Shown: positions 1-11,379, numbered from the stretch's first letter. The stretch is DNA of 64,000 nucleotides from Cenococcum geophilum (GCA_050273025.1 CP158635.1:6944001-7008000); one strand, 5' to 3'. The notes: generated by a model not told the origin, from the letters alone. A program made the numbers and translations.

Positions 1-1199
1 TTGGCGATGGATCTGGTGATTTGGTTGGTGGCGTGGTGTGGATGAGGCTTTGGAGCTCCTAGAGCGCCAGTTATATATCCAATTAGAAGAAGGTAGCTAT
101 GGAGGAAGGATTAATAAGGTGTTAAAGCGTGGTATTAAGCCGATTAGTAGAGCTATATAATGACTTGGTTTTCTAAAATGCGAGCGTCGCCTATATAATC
201 TATAAGGCCTACTTTCCTTTCTTAAGTATATAACTAACTAGGTGGTTTAACTATATATAAAAGGAGACGTGTATATAACTATGCCTTACCTTTCTTATAG
301 AGCAAAAGGACCTTTAACTAGGACCTAGCAAACAATACTACTATAATTTGTTAGCATTTAAGACAATTATAATAACCTTAAGGTTATAGAAGGAGGGACC
401 TAGGAAGAGCTAGTAGATACTTACTAAGACTTAAAAGCACCGCCCTATACGCCATTTAGATATACTAATCTTTACGGCGCAATCCTATATTGCTTCCCTA
501 CTATAGTTAAGCTTATAGCTGCCAGCGCCTTATTTAATGCCCTTTTAGGTAAATAACAGTGGGATTCTTTAGCGGTAATTTAAGATTATAATCTTCTTCT
601 TAATAGTAATAGAAACGAAGTTAGGAGATAGATATATTCCTACCGCCTTAGGGCTGTTAAGAACTATAAGAATGCGTTTTAGTTAATATATATACCTAAA
701 ATAGAGCGCTTTAATAGCCGCTTATACTTCTACTGTGTTAATAATGGGATTAATCCTTTAACTATTACAGTAGATCTAAGTAGGGCGCCTCCTATTATTA
801 TAGAAAGGCAGAGTTATATAGAGTTACCTAAAGAATTATAGGATAGAATTAAGTAAATAGAAAAATGTAAAAGAGCTATATTATCTAGGAGCCGTTAGTC
901 TAATACCTTTTATGCTGCCTCGCTAGGCGGACAAGAGTAGTTTTATTCAGCGTGGTTTTCAATATCAATATTGCCAATTAGATTGATCAATATTGTTACT
1001 AATCAATATTAGCGAATATTGGCGAGTATTGGCAAGATTTGTAATATTTGCAGATCTTCTTAGCACCCCTTTAAAATTTTAACTTTAATATTGTACGGAT
1101 AAATTATTAAATATTATGGCTTCTAAAGCAGACTTATTACTTTTTAATATAGAGGAGTTATTTAACTGCTAGTAAAAAAAGACTTTTAACCTATAGATA

Positions 1200-2073
1200 C
1201 TAGTTAGTAGGGATTTGCGAAGCAAATCCTATCCCTCCATTGTACTGCGTAGCCCCCCGCCCCGCGGGGGCTGCTTCGCAGCGGGTGGTAAGCTTTAGGC
1301 AGAGCCTTGTGTAGAGCTTTAGTAGAGCTTTGTGTAGAGGTTCGCGCAGAGCCTTATATAGAACCACGTGCGGCGTGCAGATGTTCGTACGGGCGTTTAT
1401 ATGGACGTTCGTATAGGCGTTCGTATATGCAATTAATTGATAAATCAATTAATTGTAGAGCCGTTTGTATAGACGATTATAGAGTCTTCCTAGTATATCA
1501 GTGCTGCGTGTTAGTAGAGCTTAGAGTGGAGTGTTGTGTAGAGCTTCGAGCAGAGCTTCGAGCAGAGCTTCAAGTGGAGCTTTAATAGGGCTTTGAGTAG
1601 AGCCTCGTGCAGAGCTTTGAGCAGAGCTTCGATAGAGCTTCGAGCAGAGCTTGGTTAGAGCTTTGAGTAGAGCTTTAATAGAGCTCTCTCTATATAGACC
1701 TTGTATTTAGGCTTGTTTTTAAAGGCCTTGTAAAGAGCTTTATATAGAGCTTTAAGCAGAGCTTTGTATAGGCGTTCGTGCAGGCGTTCGTGCAGACATT
1801 TATAGAGACGTTTGTAGAGACGTTTGTATAGACGATTATATAGGCGCTCGTACGGGGCGTTTATATAGGTAATTAATTAATCGATCGATTAATTGTATAG
1901 GCGTTCATACGGCCGATTGTAGAACCTTCCTAGTATATTAGTGCTGCGTGTTAGTAGAGCATTAGAGCTCTATATAGGGCTTTAAGCAGAGTTTGGAGTA
2001 AAGCTTTGAGTAGAGCTCCGAGTAGAGCTTTAAGTAGAGCTTCATGCAGAGCTTTTGCAGAGCTTTGGTAGGA
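1200..2073 (-). mobile_element. Non-autonomous Helitron-like element nested in the hAT element, filled with ~12-bp (AGAGCT-core) tandem repeats
   Basis: Minus-strand 3' end is hairpin GGATTTGC-TTC-GCAAATCC followed by CTACTAACTAG|T; the putative 5' end is A|TC at 2073; inserted between A and T with no TSD. Confidence 0.7.
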
Positions 2074-2096
2074 TACGTAGGGTCGCAAAAAATCTA

Positions 2097-2232
2097 ACTA
2101 CCCTTCTACTGCGCCACTATAAAGCTATTATATAACTAGCTACTTATAGATAATGTATATAGCAGAGTAAAGAGGCTATATTAGAGATATAGAGCTTTAA
2201 TTGCGTATAGTTGTGGTGCAGTTAGGGGTAGT
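2097..2232. mobile_element. Small MITE with TA flanks
   Basis: Imperfect terminal inverted repeat ACTACCC(T/C)..ACTGC(G/A)CCAC at both ends, with TA on both sides. Confidence 0.45.
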
Positions 2233-2931
2233 TAATATTTATTTCTAAAATAGTATATTTCCATTATAATAGTTTTGTCCAATTATTGCCAATATATTAA
2301 TATTGACACTGCAAATATTGACAAATGCCAATATTTTATTGGCCGGATTTTCGCTTATTGAAAACCACGCTGGTTTTATTTAACTAGAACGGAGTCTCCT
2401 TATTTACTATCTTAGGTTTATAGTAAGGGTAAAGAACGTATACAGTCGCTAGTTATACCGTTATTTTAAAAATAGGGAGGAGTAAGGAGTTTTAGAGGTT
2501 GTTAGGGGACAATGACTTAAGTAGAGGAGATATGTAGTGGTGTAATTTAGCCCCCTATATTTAATATTTAGATTAGGTATGGCTTTAAGAGAGCCTAGGC
2601 CTTCTATAGTTATATAGATCGGTTTAGGGCCCTAAAGTCTTTAAAAACTTATATAGGACCGATAGACTAATAATTTTCCTTTAATACACTCTTTTCTTTC
2701 CTTTTTACTAATTGCTTTTTTGCTAGCTAATTACGACTAACTAATTAACTAACCACATTGTAACTTCCTATTTGAGAGAGATTGTACCCTCCTATAGTAG
2801 TATTTCTATTAGAGTAGTTCTAGGGTTTTTCCTTAGCCTAGGTAGCTGGCTACTAGTAGATTATATATATATTTAAGGAGCTTAAGCTTAAGTTCGTTAT
2901 AGTTAGGTATAACTAGGCGGTTTTAGTAGTA

Positions 2932-3340
2932 ATGTAGTTTATAAGCGAGCTGGCAATACAAGCGAGCTGACAATCTCAAAACTCACCAAAAATTGGAAAA
3001 ATCGCACTTTAATATCTCAACAACCACTAGGTAATAATTAATGCAAATTTAATAGCGGCCTATCAATGCAATAACTAACTTATATAGGAAGTATTGGAAA
3101 TCTTATATAAGCGGAAGTAGGTTAAATAGGAAAGTGGGGGCGGAATTGCCTTACTTTTTCTATTTAACCTACTTCCGCTTATATAAAATTTCCAATACTT
3201 CCTATATAAGTTAGTTATTGCATTGATAGGCCGCTATTAAATTTGCATTAATTATTACCTAGTGGTTGTTGAGATATTAAAGTGCGATTTTTCCAATTTT
3301 TGGTAAGTTTTGAGATTATTAGCTCGCTTATAAACTACGT
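2932..3340. mobile_element. Fold-back MITE, pogo/Fot1-Pot2-like
   Basis: Termini A(C/T)GTAGTTTATAAGCGAGCT, TA TSD (2930-31, 3341-42); almost the whole element is a near-perfect palindrome centred near 3143. Confidence 0.85.
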
Positions 3341-5225
3341 TATAAGCAGTCTCTATAAGCTTTATATTTACTTAAAGAGATCCTTTTAAAGCGTCTAACG
3401 CTATCTTAAATTAGCTTAAGCGTCTCTTAGATAAACTTATTATTTAAGTATTTATTAATTATAATTTATTTAATTTATTAATCTATTATTTTAAAGACGT
3501 GTATTATAAGATCTTTAGTAAAAGGGTAAAATAGTTTCGGGTAAAATAGGATCTAATTTTAGTAAAAGCGCACTTTTTTTAGTGCTAGTATCTCTTATAA
3601 GCGTTAGGTTAGGATATTAGGCTTCTAACCTTAGATACTTAGGCGGTATATAATTAAGAATTAGAAATAAGATAGATATTTTAATTAGTGGGCCTAATAA
3701 TAACTTAGCTGTTTTATAGTTATTAAGGACCTTAATTATAAATCTAGCGTCTTCTAGTTTGGGTCGCTATTATTTAAAATATTTAATAATAGCTAGTAGT
3801 TCCTTATTATAGATTTTATAGTTATATTTAGCTAGGCTTAATTATTTTAAGAAGTATACTATAGGGTATAATACTCTATTCTTATTATATTAAGACAGAA
3901 TACCTTTAATAATATAGTTGGATAAATTAGCTTTTATAATACTTATTTAGTTTAGGTTATAGTATTAGAGTATAAGTATAGTAGTAAATATAACTTTTAG
4001 ATAAGTAAAGGCCTTTTTATATTCCTTATTAAACATTAAGGCTTTATTCTTTAGGTTAAAGCTATAAGGGTTAAAACTAAGGCGGAGAAGTTATTAATAA
4101 ACTATTAGTAGAAATTAGTAAATCCTATAAAGGCTTTTACGTCTTTTACGTTCTTAGGTTCTTACTAGTTTATAATTACTTTAACCTTTTTAGGGATATT
4201 TATATACTATTTATAGAAATAAGAAGTCTAAGGTATAGGACTTCTATTTTATAAAACTTATATTTATTTATATTTAATTATAGACTAGCTTTATATAGGG
4301 CTTATAAAATAAGGTTAATATATTTCTAATATTTAGTTAGGTTATTACTATATATTAATATATTATTAATATAAGCAGTATAAAGGATATCTAGATAGGG
4401 ATATATAGTACTATTTACGTAATATTACAACGAGCTTAAGTATTTATAAGGCCGAATAGTATTACTAAGTATTTAAATAATCTATCCTAGGTATAGAATA
4501 TAGTAAGCTATTTATCTCCTTTAATAATATAAAGGTAGTTAAATATAAAGATAATATTAAGCTTTATGTAGTAGCGGGCCTTACTTAATTAGTTTAGCGT
4601 CTCTTATATTAATAGGATCGGATATTAGTCCTTGATAGTAATAGCGTTAAAAGCTTAGTAGTTTATATAGAAGTATAGACTGCCACTAGGTTTTTTAATA
4701 AAGATTACTAATATAGCTATAGGTAAAGAGCTTGCTCTAATAAATCCTTTACTTAGGTTCTTATCTAAATACTTTTATAGTACTTAGAGTTTATTTTAGG
4801 ATATTCTATATAAGGGTCTAAATCTAGGCTACTTTCCTTCTTTAAGTATAATTTTATAGTTATATAGTTATATAGTTAGTGTTTTAGTAGCTTATTAGCT
4901 TCCTTTTATAAGAATATATTTAGGCTTTTATAATACTCTACTAGTACTTTTATAGTAGGGTTAGTATACTTATTTAGTGCTAAGGCTTTTTTAATATCGG
5001 CTATTATAATAGTAAAGATTATATATTTAGGTTTTTAGCAAGTTAAGCTAGCGAAGTAGCTCTAATTATATAGATATTTTGGGTGTTAAGCTTACTTAAG
5101 TTATTTATAGTTCTTATATAGTTTTTTATTTGGCTTTAGGTCTAGTGTTAGGTATAAAGTTAGTATTAGATATAGGTTTAGGTTCTTTAAGTATCCTTTT
5201 TATAATAGAATACTAGTTCTTTTTA

Positions 5226-5328
5226 AGAGTACATATACTAGATCCCGCCGCGCTTGCGAACAAGTTCGCAAGCACTCCGTGTCTTTTTGGCCAAATAGCG
5301 ATGTTGGGGCGGGAAACGTTACATTCTT
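5226..5328. other. ~100-bp GC-rich structured insertion in Gypsy A1
   Basis: Absent from the paralogous site in copy A2 (~53290); contains hairpin GCTTGCGAAC-AA-GTTCGCAAGC and inverted repeat TCCCGCC/GGCGGGA; ends approximate. Confidence 0.6.
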
Positions 5329-6099
5329 CTAGTACTTTTATATATTAAGCTTAAGCTTCTGCTTAGTTTAGGGCGGTATAGTAGTTAGAATTAGTTTATA
5401 TAGTTTAGTATAATTTCTAAGTCCTTAATAAACGTTAGCAAAAATCCTATACTAGTGGAATTTAATAGAATTTCCGAGTTAGTAGAATTAAGTAGATTCC
5501 TTAAATACGGGGTAGGCAGTTATAGAAGTCTTATATTAGTAGAATTTAGTAGTGTTCCTAAGTTAGTGGAATTAGGTAGACTTCTTAGGTATAAGGTAGA
5601 CGTTAATAGAATTTTTAAACTAGTGGATCCTAGTAAATTTCTTAGATTTTAGATTTAGGTTTAAGTAATAAATTATAAGGCACTTCTACTTATAATAGGA
5701 GGCGGTAAATAGAAGCTTAAGGTTATTTTAATTAATGGTTACCTTATATAGCTTTATCTAGGGTTATTTAAGGATTATTAAGTAACCTAAGCATTGGCAA
5801 AATATGGTACCCTCTTAATAGCTTCAATGGTTGGTGGTTAACGCAATTAGCGCGTAGTTGAGGGCATTTAGCAACTCGACCGACTTACCTATGTCGTGTT
5901 TTTTTAACACGCAGCCTGCGTGTAATCTGCGCATTTAGTAACTATAGAGCTATTTACCTCTTTTATACTAATAGTATATTTTAGATAATAAATAATAAAT
6001 AAAGGCTATTTTAAAGCCATTTATAAAGCTAGTGGGGTAAATTATATATACTTTTTTATATAATATATATAAAGTAGCTACTAAGAGTAGTAGATATAG

Positions 6100-6620
6100 A
6101 CCTATTTATATCTATTTACCTATCTATATTACCTACCCATCTATATCTACCTACCTATCTATATCTACTTACCTATCTATATCTACTTACCTATCTATAT
6201 CTACTCACCTATTTATACCTACCTATCTATACTACCTTAATTTAATCAATTAATTAAATCGTTTATAGTGTTTGCTAGCTAGTTGTTATTATCTAGTTCT
6301 AGTAACGGTTATCTAGTTCTAGTAACGGTCGTCTAGTTTTAGCAATAGTTCTCTACTAGCTGTCGTTCTGGTACCTCCCTAGGTAGGGAGGATATAGAGA
6401 AAAAGGGGGGGTGAGAGATAGAGCGGTAGAGGTATATATAGAGCTTTATATAAAGCCTCTATACGCAGAGCTTTGTGCAAAGCCTTTATACGTAGAGCTT
6501 TATATAAAGCTTCGTATAGAGCCTTATATAGAGCCTTATATAGAGCCTTATATAGAGCCTTATACAGAGCCTTGTATAAAGCTTTGTATAAAGCCTTATA
6601 TAAAGCCTTATATAGAGCCT
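6100..6620. repeat. Simple and tandem repeats: (ATCT/ACCT)n, an 18-bp TCTAGTTCTAGTAACGGT repeat and a 12-bp TATAGAGCCTTA array
   Basis: Directly visible periodicity at 6100-6235, 6290-6350 and 6430-6620. Confidence 0.9.
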
Positions 6621-6643
6621 CTAAGTAATAAGACTATATAAAA

Positions 6644-6878
6644 TGTAACCGACTACCGACACTGTGCTGAGACCGCTTGGAAGGCTCCAAGACAGCGTTA
6701 ACGCCACCCTATATATTGATTGCAGATCAATATTGCTTGCAGATCACTGTTCCCATTTCAGTTACCTATTACCCCATTATGTCTTATTACCTCCACCTTC
6801 TTCGTGTATATATAGAGGCTTTAGAGCTACATTCACAATCAAGTCGTTTATGCAATTCCTCACACTGCAAAGCTCACA
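6644..6878 (+). repeat. Copia 5' LTR (235 bp)
   Basis: TG...CA ends; its 3' part recurs at 9581-9629; TATATATAGA TATA-like motif near 6807. Confidence 0.9.
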
Positions 6879-7231
6879 GTTATGAGCCCGGATCGCACTA
6901 CCTGCTGAGCAATCACCTGGATCGCACTACCTATTGCACCATCAATCTACTACCTCATCTAAGAAGTCACTACTTCTACCACCTTTGCAGTGTTTCGAGC
7001 TTCTTCCAGGTACCGCTCTTGTACTCGTGATTATCTTTATTTACCAAACGGACGGACGATCGAACATCGAATACATCGAACATCGACCGAACCGAACCCG
7101 ACCGACCGTACGACCGACCGACGGACGAACTGACGAATCAAATTAAAAGTTCGGAACGTCCAAATAAGGTTACGCCAAGACGCTAACTAGACCCTAACCT
7201 AGACCCTTATTAACCTGTCAAAATTCAAAAA

Positions 7232-8962
7232 ATGACGACCTCTACCGAATCAAAAATCAACCTCATCCTTGACAAGCCATCCGATTGGATTCAATGGTTC
7301 TTTATCATCCAAGACACAGCCAAAACCAACGAGGTATGGCAGTATATCGACCCATCCAAAAAGAAAGACAAGCTTCTAAAGCTGGAACCACCGAATCGGC
7401 CCACACCAAGGGACATACTACCCACGGCTGCATCGATAGCAAAGCTAGACCCTACCCGGCTCACCGCCTACAACCAGCTCTACGCTGAATACAAAGACGA
7501 TCTGCGCATATACGAGAAGCAAAAACAGGCTATAAACGGTATCAGCAACTACATCGTTCGCTCGACATCGGTAGCCTACCTTCCACTCATCGACGGCCTC
7601 GAAACGGTACACGCACGGCTTCAAGCATTGAAGACTGCACTTGCCCCTACCACCTCAGGTCGAAAACACGACGTCCTCAATCAATACACGGCTCTGAAGA
7701 CCTACAATCAAAACCAAAGCATCGATAAATGGTTGAACAGCTGGCGGAACATCTACAAACTTGCGGAGCAGTTGGACCTACTAGACGTACAAGGATTCAG
7801 ACCATACTATGATTTTATTCGAGCAATCAAACCTATCTCTTCTAGCTTCGCAGGGGCACTAGAAGTAGACCTTATTCGCAAGGAACAAAAGGACGAAGCA
7901 GCCCCATCTATCATTGATCTAATTGAAGAATTCAAAGAACATTACCGCATGCAGCAAGCATTTCCTACCACTACTACAAATCACTCTGCCTTTGCAACTC
8001 TTCAAAACAATACCAATTCCAATTCCAATTCGATATGGCATAAGAAATGCATATGCGGCCTCACACATCGATACGACGACTGCCACTACATTGTCGAGCA
8101 GAAGCGCCCTCAAGGATGGAAACCAGATCCACACATCCAGCAGAAAGTAGATGAAATGATCTCATTTATACCTTGGGTTAAACGTATGGTCGATCGAATC
8201 CGAAAAAACACAGAAGAACAGGAAGCAAAGAGCACAGAATCTACAATTGATTTTGATTCCAAAACACCACCTTCTAAAACACCGACTAGCCATGCTGCTG
8301 TGTTTAGTACTGGTCAATTTCCATTCGAACTCCAGAACACCTGGATACTCGACCCTGGTGCAGATACCCACGTCTGCAACAACCAAGAAGACTTTACCTT
8401 CTCCTACCCAGCAGCAGAAGACGACTACCTAATTGCTGGCAGAAATTTCGAGAAGATTCAAGCCTACGGAACAGTAACTATTACTGTTGATACACCTACT
8501 GGGAAGTCAAAAATGAAGCTATCCCATGTAGCACTAGTACCTACTATGTTTACAAATATCGTAGCACTATCAAGGGCTACAGATAACGATATCCATTTCG
8601 ACTCAGGACGAAACTTGCTCTACCGTCTAGCAACTGGCAAAACGGTATGCTATGCGAAACGACTAGGGGGCCATTGGGCGCTGATTCACAGACAGCCTAA
8701 GCCTACGAATACCCTAGATTCGACAACTCAATCGACCTTCTCAATAAGAAGACATCAACCAAGCAGAATGGCCCGTAAACCAGTCGGAGCCACAGCTACA
8801 AAATGGCACAAAATTCTGGGCCATGCAGGACCTAACGCTATTGAGCAGCTTCCTAAGCACGTCAATGGCGTAGAGCTCGAAGAGGTAATCGACGAACGAG
8901 CACCACTCAAAATCGAATGCGGCTGCTATAGCCATGAGAGCACGGAATATTCGAGCAGCTAG
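7232..8962 (+). CDS. gag-pol: Copia Gag-protease-GAG-pre-integrase polyprotein, truncated (576 aa)
   Basis: Open ORF; Gag knuckle-like CICGLTHRYDDC, protease WILDPGADTHV, pre-integrase WHKILGHAG; the last ~15 codons come from antisense RT. Confidence 0.92.
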   Translation: MTTSTESKINLILDKPSDWIQWFFIIQDTAKTNEVWQYIDPSKKKDKLLKLEPPNRPTPRDILPTAASIAKLDPTRLTAYNQLYAEYKDDLRIYEKQKQAINGISNYIVRSTSVAYLPLIDGLETVHARLQALKTALAPTTSGRKHDVLNQYTALKTYNQNQSIDKWLNSWRNIYKLAEQLDLLDVQGFRPYYDFIRAIKPISSSFAGALEVDLIRKEQKDEAAPSIIDLIEEFKEHYRMQQAFPTTTTNHSAFATLQNNTNSNSNSIWHKKCICGLTHRYDDCHYIVEQKRPQGWKPDPHIQQKVDEMISFIPWVKRMVDRIRKNTEEQEAKSTESTIDFDSKTPPSKTPTSHAAVFSTGQFPFELQNTWILDPGADTHVCNNQEDFTFSYPAAEDDYLIAGRNFEKIQAYGTVTITVDTPTGKSKMKLSHVALVPTMFTNIVALSRATDNDIHFDSGRNLLYRLATGKTVCYAKRLGGHWALIHRQPKPTNTLDSTTQSTFSIRRHQPSRMARKPVGATATKWHKILGHAGPNAIEQLPKHVNGVELEEVIDERAPLKIECGCYSHESTEYSSS

Positions 8963-9585
8963 GGTTGCTGCATAGGTCTCTTCTTCGGTGATCTGCAGGT
9001 CTCCGCGGACACATAGTCGAGCTTTAAGCTTCTGTAGGTAGCCGTCGCTGTCGAGCTTATATTTGAAGACCCATTTCAGTGGAAGGATCTGCTCATTGCT
9101 TGCCTCTTCCTTTGGTACGATTTTGAATGTCCCTCGACGTTTTAGGTCATTGCATTCTTTTTCCATGGCCTTTTGAAAGCCAGTAGTCAAAGGATACAAT
9201 GACCTAAAACGTCGAGGGACATTCAAAATCGTACCAAAGGAAGAGGCAAGCAATGAGCAGATCCTTCCACTGAAATGGGTCTTCAAATATAAGCTCGACA
9301 GCGACGGCTACCTACAGAAGCTTAAAGCTCGACTATGTGTCCGCGGAGACCTGCAGATCACCGAAGAAGAGACCTATGCAGCAACCCTAGCTGCTCGAAT
9401 ATTCCGTGCTCTCATGGCTATCCCTTAGCACGGTAGCGTCCTACGATTAAGTGGTCTATGCGCGAACACCAGAATCAAAAGTACGCGTATGGCCACGGAG
9501 CCTTGATCCTATTGATTTTATTGGCTAGCTCTTATCGATACCGGTAGGACGCGAAGTACCGTGCTAAGGGATAGCAGCCGCATTC
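8915..9585. repeat. Long inverted repeat of Copia reverse-transcriptase sequence
   Basis: 8928-9152 and 9197-9421 are reverse complements with no mismatch seen (225 bp, 44-nt loop); the arm continues 8915-8929 / 9571-9585 beyond a MITE; it encodes LPLKWVFKYK...KLKARLCVRGDLQ. Confidence 0.95.
9422..9570. mobile_element. 149-bp MITE, CCCTT termini, AT TSD
   Basis: TIR CCCTTAGCACGGTA, inner IR GCGTCCTAC/GTAGGACGC; the empty site is the other hairpin arm (GGCT-AT-AGCAGCC). Confidence 0.9.
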
Positions 9586-10962
9586 ACAATCAAGTCGTTT
9601 ATATAATTCCTCACACTGCAAAGCTTATATAAAATTATATAAGATTATATTAGATTATATATAATAGTTAAATATATAGTATATAACTTTACCTTAATTA
9701 TATATTAAGAAATGTGCGGTTAGCTTTTAGAGTTATTAAGTAGGTTAACTGCGTATTAAGGAATATGCAGTTAGCTTTTAAAGTTATTAAGTAGATTAAC
9801 TAGGTATTATTTAACTTTTAAATATATTAAGTTAGTTAATTGCGTGTCGAGTTAGTTAAATTGTATATTAATTACGCGAAACGCGCTAAACAAAGTCTAC
9901 TTAAATCTTATCTTACGAATATTTTCCCAATAAGGTAGTAACAAAAAGTCTAATTAATTCTTTATAGTTTAGGTATTAGAGTTTTAGGAACACTATATAG
10001 GTAATATAACCTAAAATAGTGTGTTTGCTATTAAATCCAAATATATTAATATGCTAGTTAAGGGGGTTAAGGTAAAACTATTATCTTATATAAAGATTTT
10101 ATTAATAAATCCTATACTACTAGCTCCTATCTTAATTAAGACTTAGTATTAACCTATTAACCATTATACTAAAGATAGTAGTTAATGGTTATACTGTAAT
10201 TCTAAAAGTTAAAGTTTATAATATCTAAAGTATTTAACAAGATCCTAAGGTAGCGCTATTTTAAAGAGCGACTTAGCTCTAGGACCTTTTTTTAAAGGCA
10301 ATTAGGGCGGAGTTTTTATAGCGTATTAATTATAGCTTTATCCTTATAAATAGTGTTTACTAGATAATAACTTAGAGCTAAATAATAATTAGGGTTAGTA
10401 GATAGGGCCTACTTAAGATAATTGGTTGCTTATATTAGTTGTCCATTTATATATTTAGGACAGCGATATACCGCCTATAGTAGTTATTTATATATATATT
10501 TAGGGTAGCGAGATAGGGTAGTAGCTTAAGATATAGGTATTACTTCCGCACTTAAAACAAAAGCTATATTTAATGCGTTATTTATATTTAGGAAATCCTT
10601 TTAGGGCGTAAGAGAGGGTTTTAGCATTAATATTTATAATATCTAGATCCTTATAGGTCCTAGATAACTAAGAGGCAAAGTATAATAGGAAGTTCTTAGA
10701 GCCCTATATTATTTTATTTAGTTTCCTTTATACTATAGCGGTTTAGTTAGGGTCGCTATAAAAGGCTTCTTTTCTTAGAGATCTAATTATCTCTTAATAT
10801 TAGGCCTTTTATTAAGTAAGGGCGTCTATAAAGGCCTTTCTTAGGCTTTTCTTAGTAAATACATTATATAAGTTAGTTATAGATATAAGGGCTTTTAGAT
10901 TATTTTATATATTAAATAGAGTGAAGTAAGGTAGTATAAGGTATAGATTTAATATAATATAG

Positions 10963-11332
10963 TATTACGGAATAAGTATAAAGCGGCAATAATATATAAC
11001 AAAGTAGATACTATTAAGCTATATATATAAACTGCATAATAAAGTTAAAACGTTATATAAGAAAAGAAGACAAGAAAACGGGAAAAAAAGGTATATATTA
11101 TTAACTTAATTATTTAGTTAATATATATATAGAGTAGAATAGAATTTAGGTAATAGTCCTAGTAAAACTTAGTAGGATTTAGTAAAACTTAGCGAAATAT
11201 AATAAAATAAGGTAGATTGCCGTTAGATTATTATAGGTCGTAGCAAATTATAGTCTTATAGTCGGTTTCTAATTACTAAGTTAGTAAAAATAAGTAGGCG
11301 TGTATAAGGTGTTATAGGGGTGTCCTATAATA
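10963..11332 (-). repeat. Family A 5' LTR
   Basis: Reverse complement of 35607-35965 and of 12124-12435. Confidence 0.9.
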
Positions 11333-11379
11333 GTAACCTATAACCTACGCGTAAAGTATATACGCGCTACGCTAGTATA

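Larger units (their letters stand above)
948..2372. mobile_element. Non-autonomous hAT-type DNA transposon
   Basis: 17-bp TIR CAGCGTGGTTTTCAATA at both ends; 8-bp TSD GTTTTATT (940-947, 2373-2380); the paralogous empty site GTCTTATT is present near 28160. Confidence 0.9.
226..2796. repeat. Unclassified RIP-degraded dispersed repeat (copy 1), interrupted by a hAT element
   Basis: 226-947 plus 2381-2796 align colinearly with 27478-28581, with mostly transition differences; both copies stop at the same point (GTACCCTCC-CACA/TATA). Confidence 0.8.
6644..9629 (+). mobile_element. Internally rearranged Ty1/Copia element, largely un-RIPped
   Basis: 5' LTR TGTAACC...CTCACA, GTTATGAGCCC directly after it, gag-PR ORF, RT fragments, last 49 bp of the 3' LTR (9581-9629), 5-bp TSD TAAAA (6639-43, 9630-34). 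Confidence 0.93.
5792..9932. mobile_element. Non-autonomous CACTA/CMC-like DNA transposon hosting the Copia element
   Basis: TIR CATTGGCAAAATAT / ATATTTTCCCAATA with 2-bp TSD AG (5790-91, 9933-34); removing it restores the Gypsy A protease sequence seen at 46735/52940; internal tandem repeats. Superfamily is inferred. Confidence 0.7.
2793..11332 (-). mobile_element. Ty3/Gypsy LTR retrotransposon family A, copy 1 (RIPped, 3'-truncated, multiply interrupted)
   Basis: 5' LTR at 10963-11332; de-RIPped gag, protease, RT, RNase H and integrase Zn-finger motifs (H..P.AGHPG..KT); colinear with the copy starting at 35607. Confidence 0.9.

Noticed and set aside
1200..1585. Short ORFs of 82 and 92 aa (also 6411-6641)
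   Set aside because: They arise from 12-bp tandem repeats; the translations are low-complexity with no protein motif.
1290..2070. CRISPR-like repeat array
   Set aside because: These are contiguous degenerate tandem units with no unique spacers, in a eukaryotic RIP context without cas genes.
8741..9286. 181-aa minus-strand ORF with RT motifs as a real gene
   Set aside because: It is a chimera of the inverted RT fragment with antisense sequence on both sides; it lacks the YVDD core.
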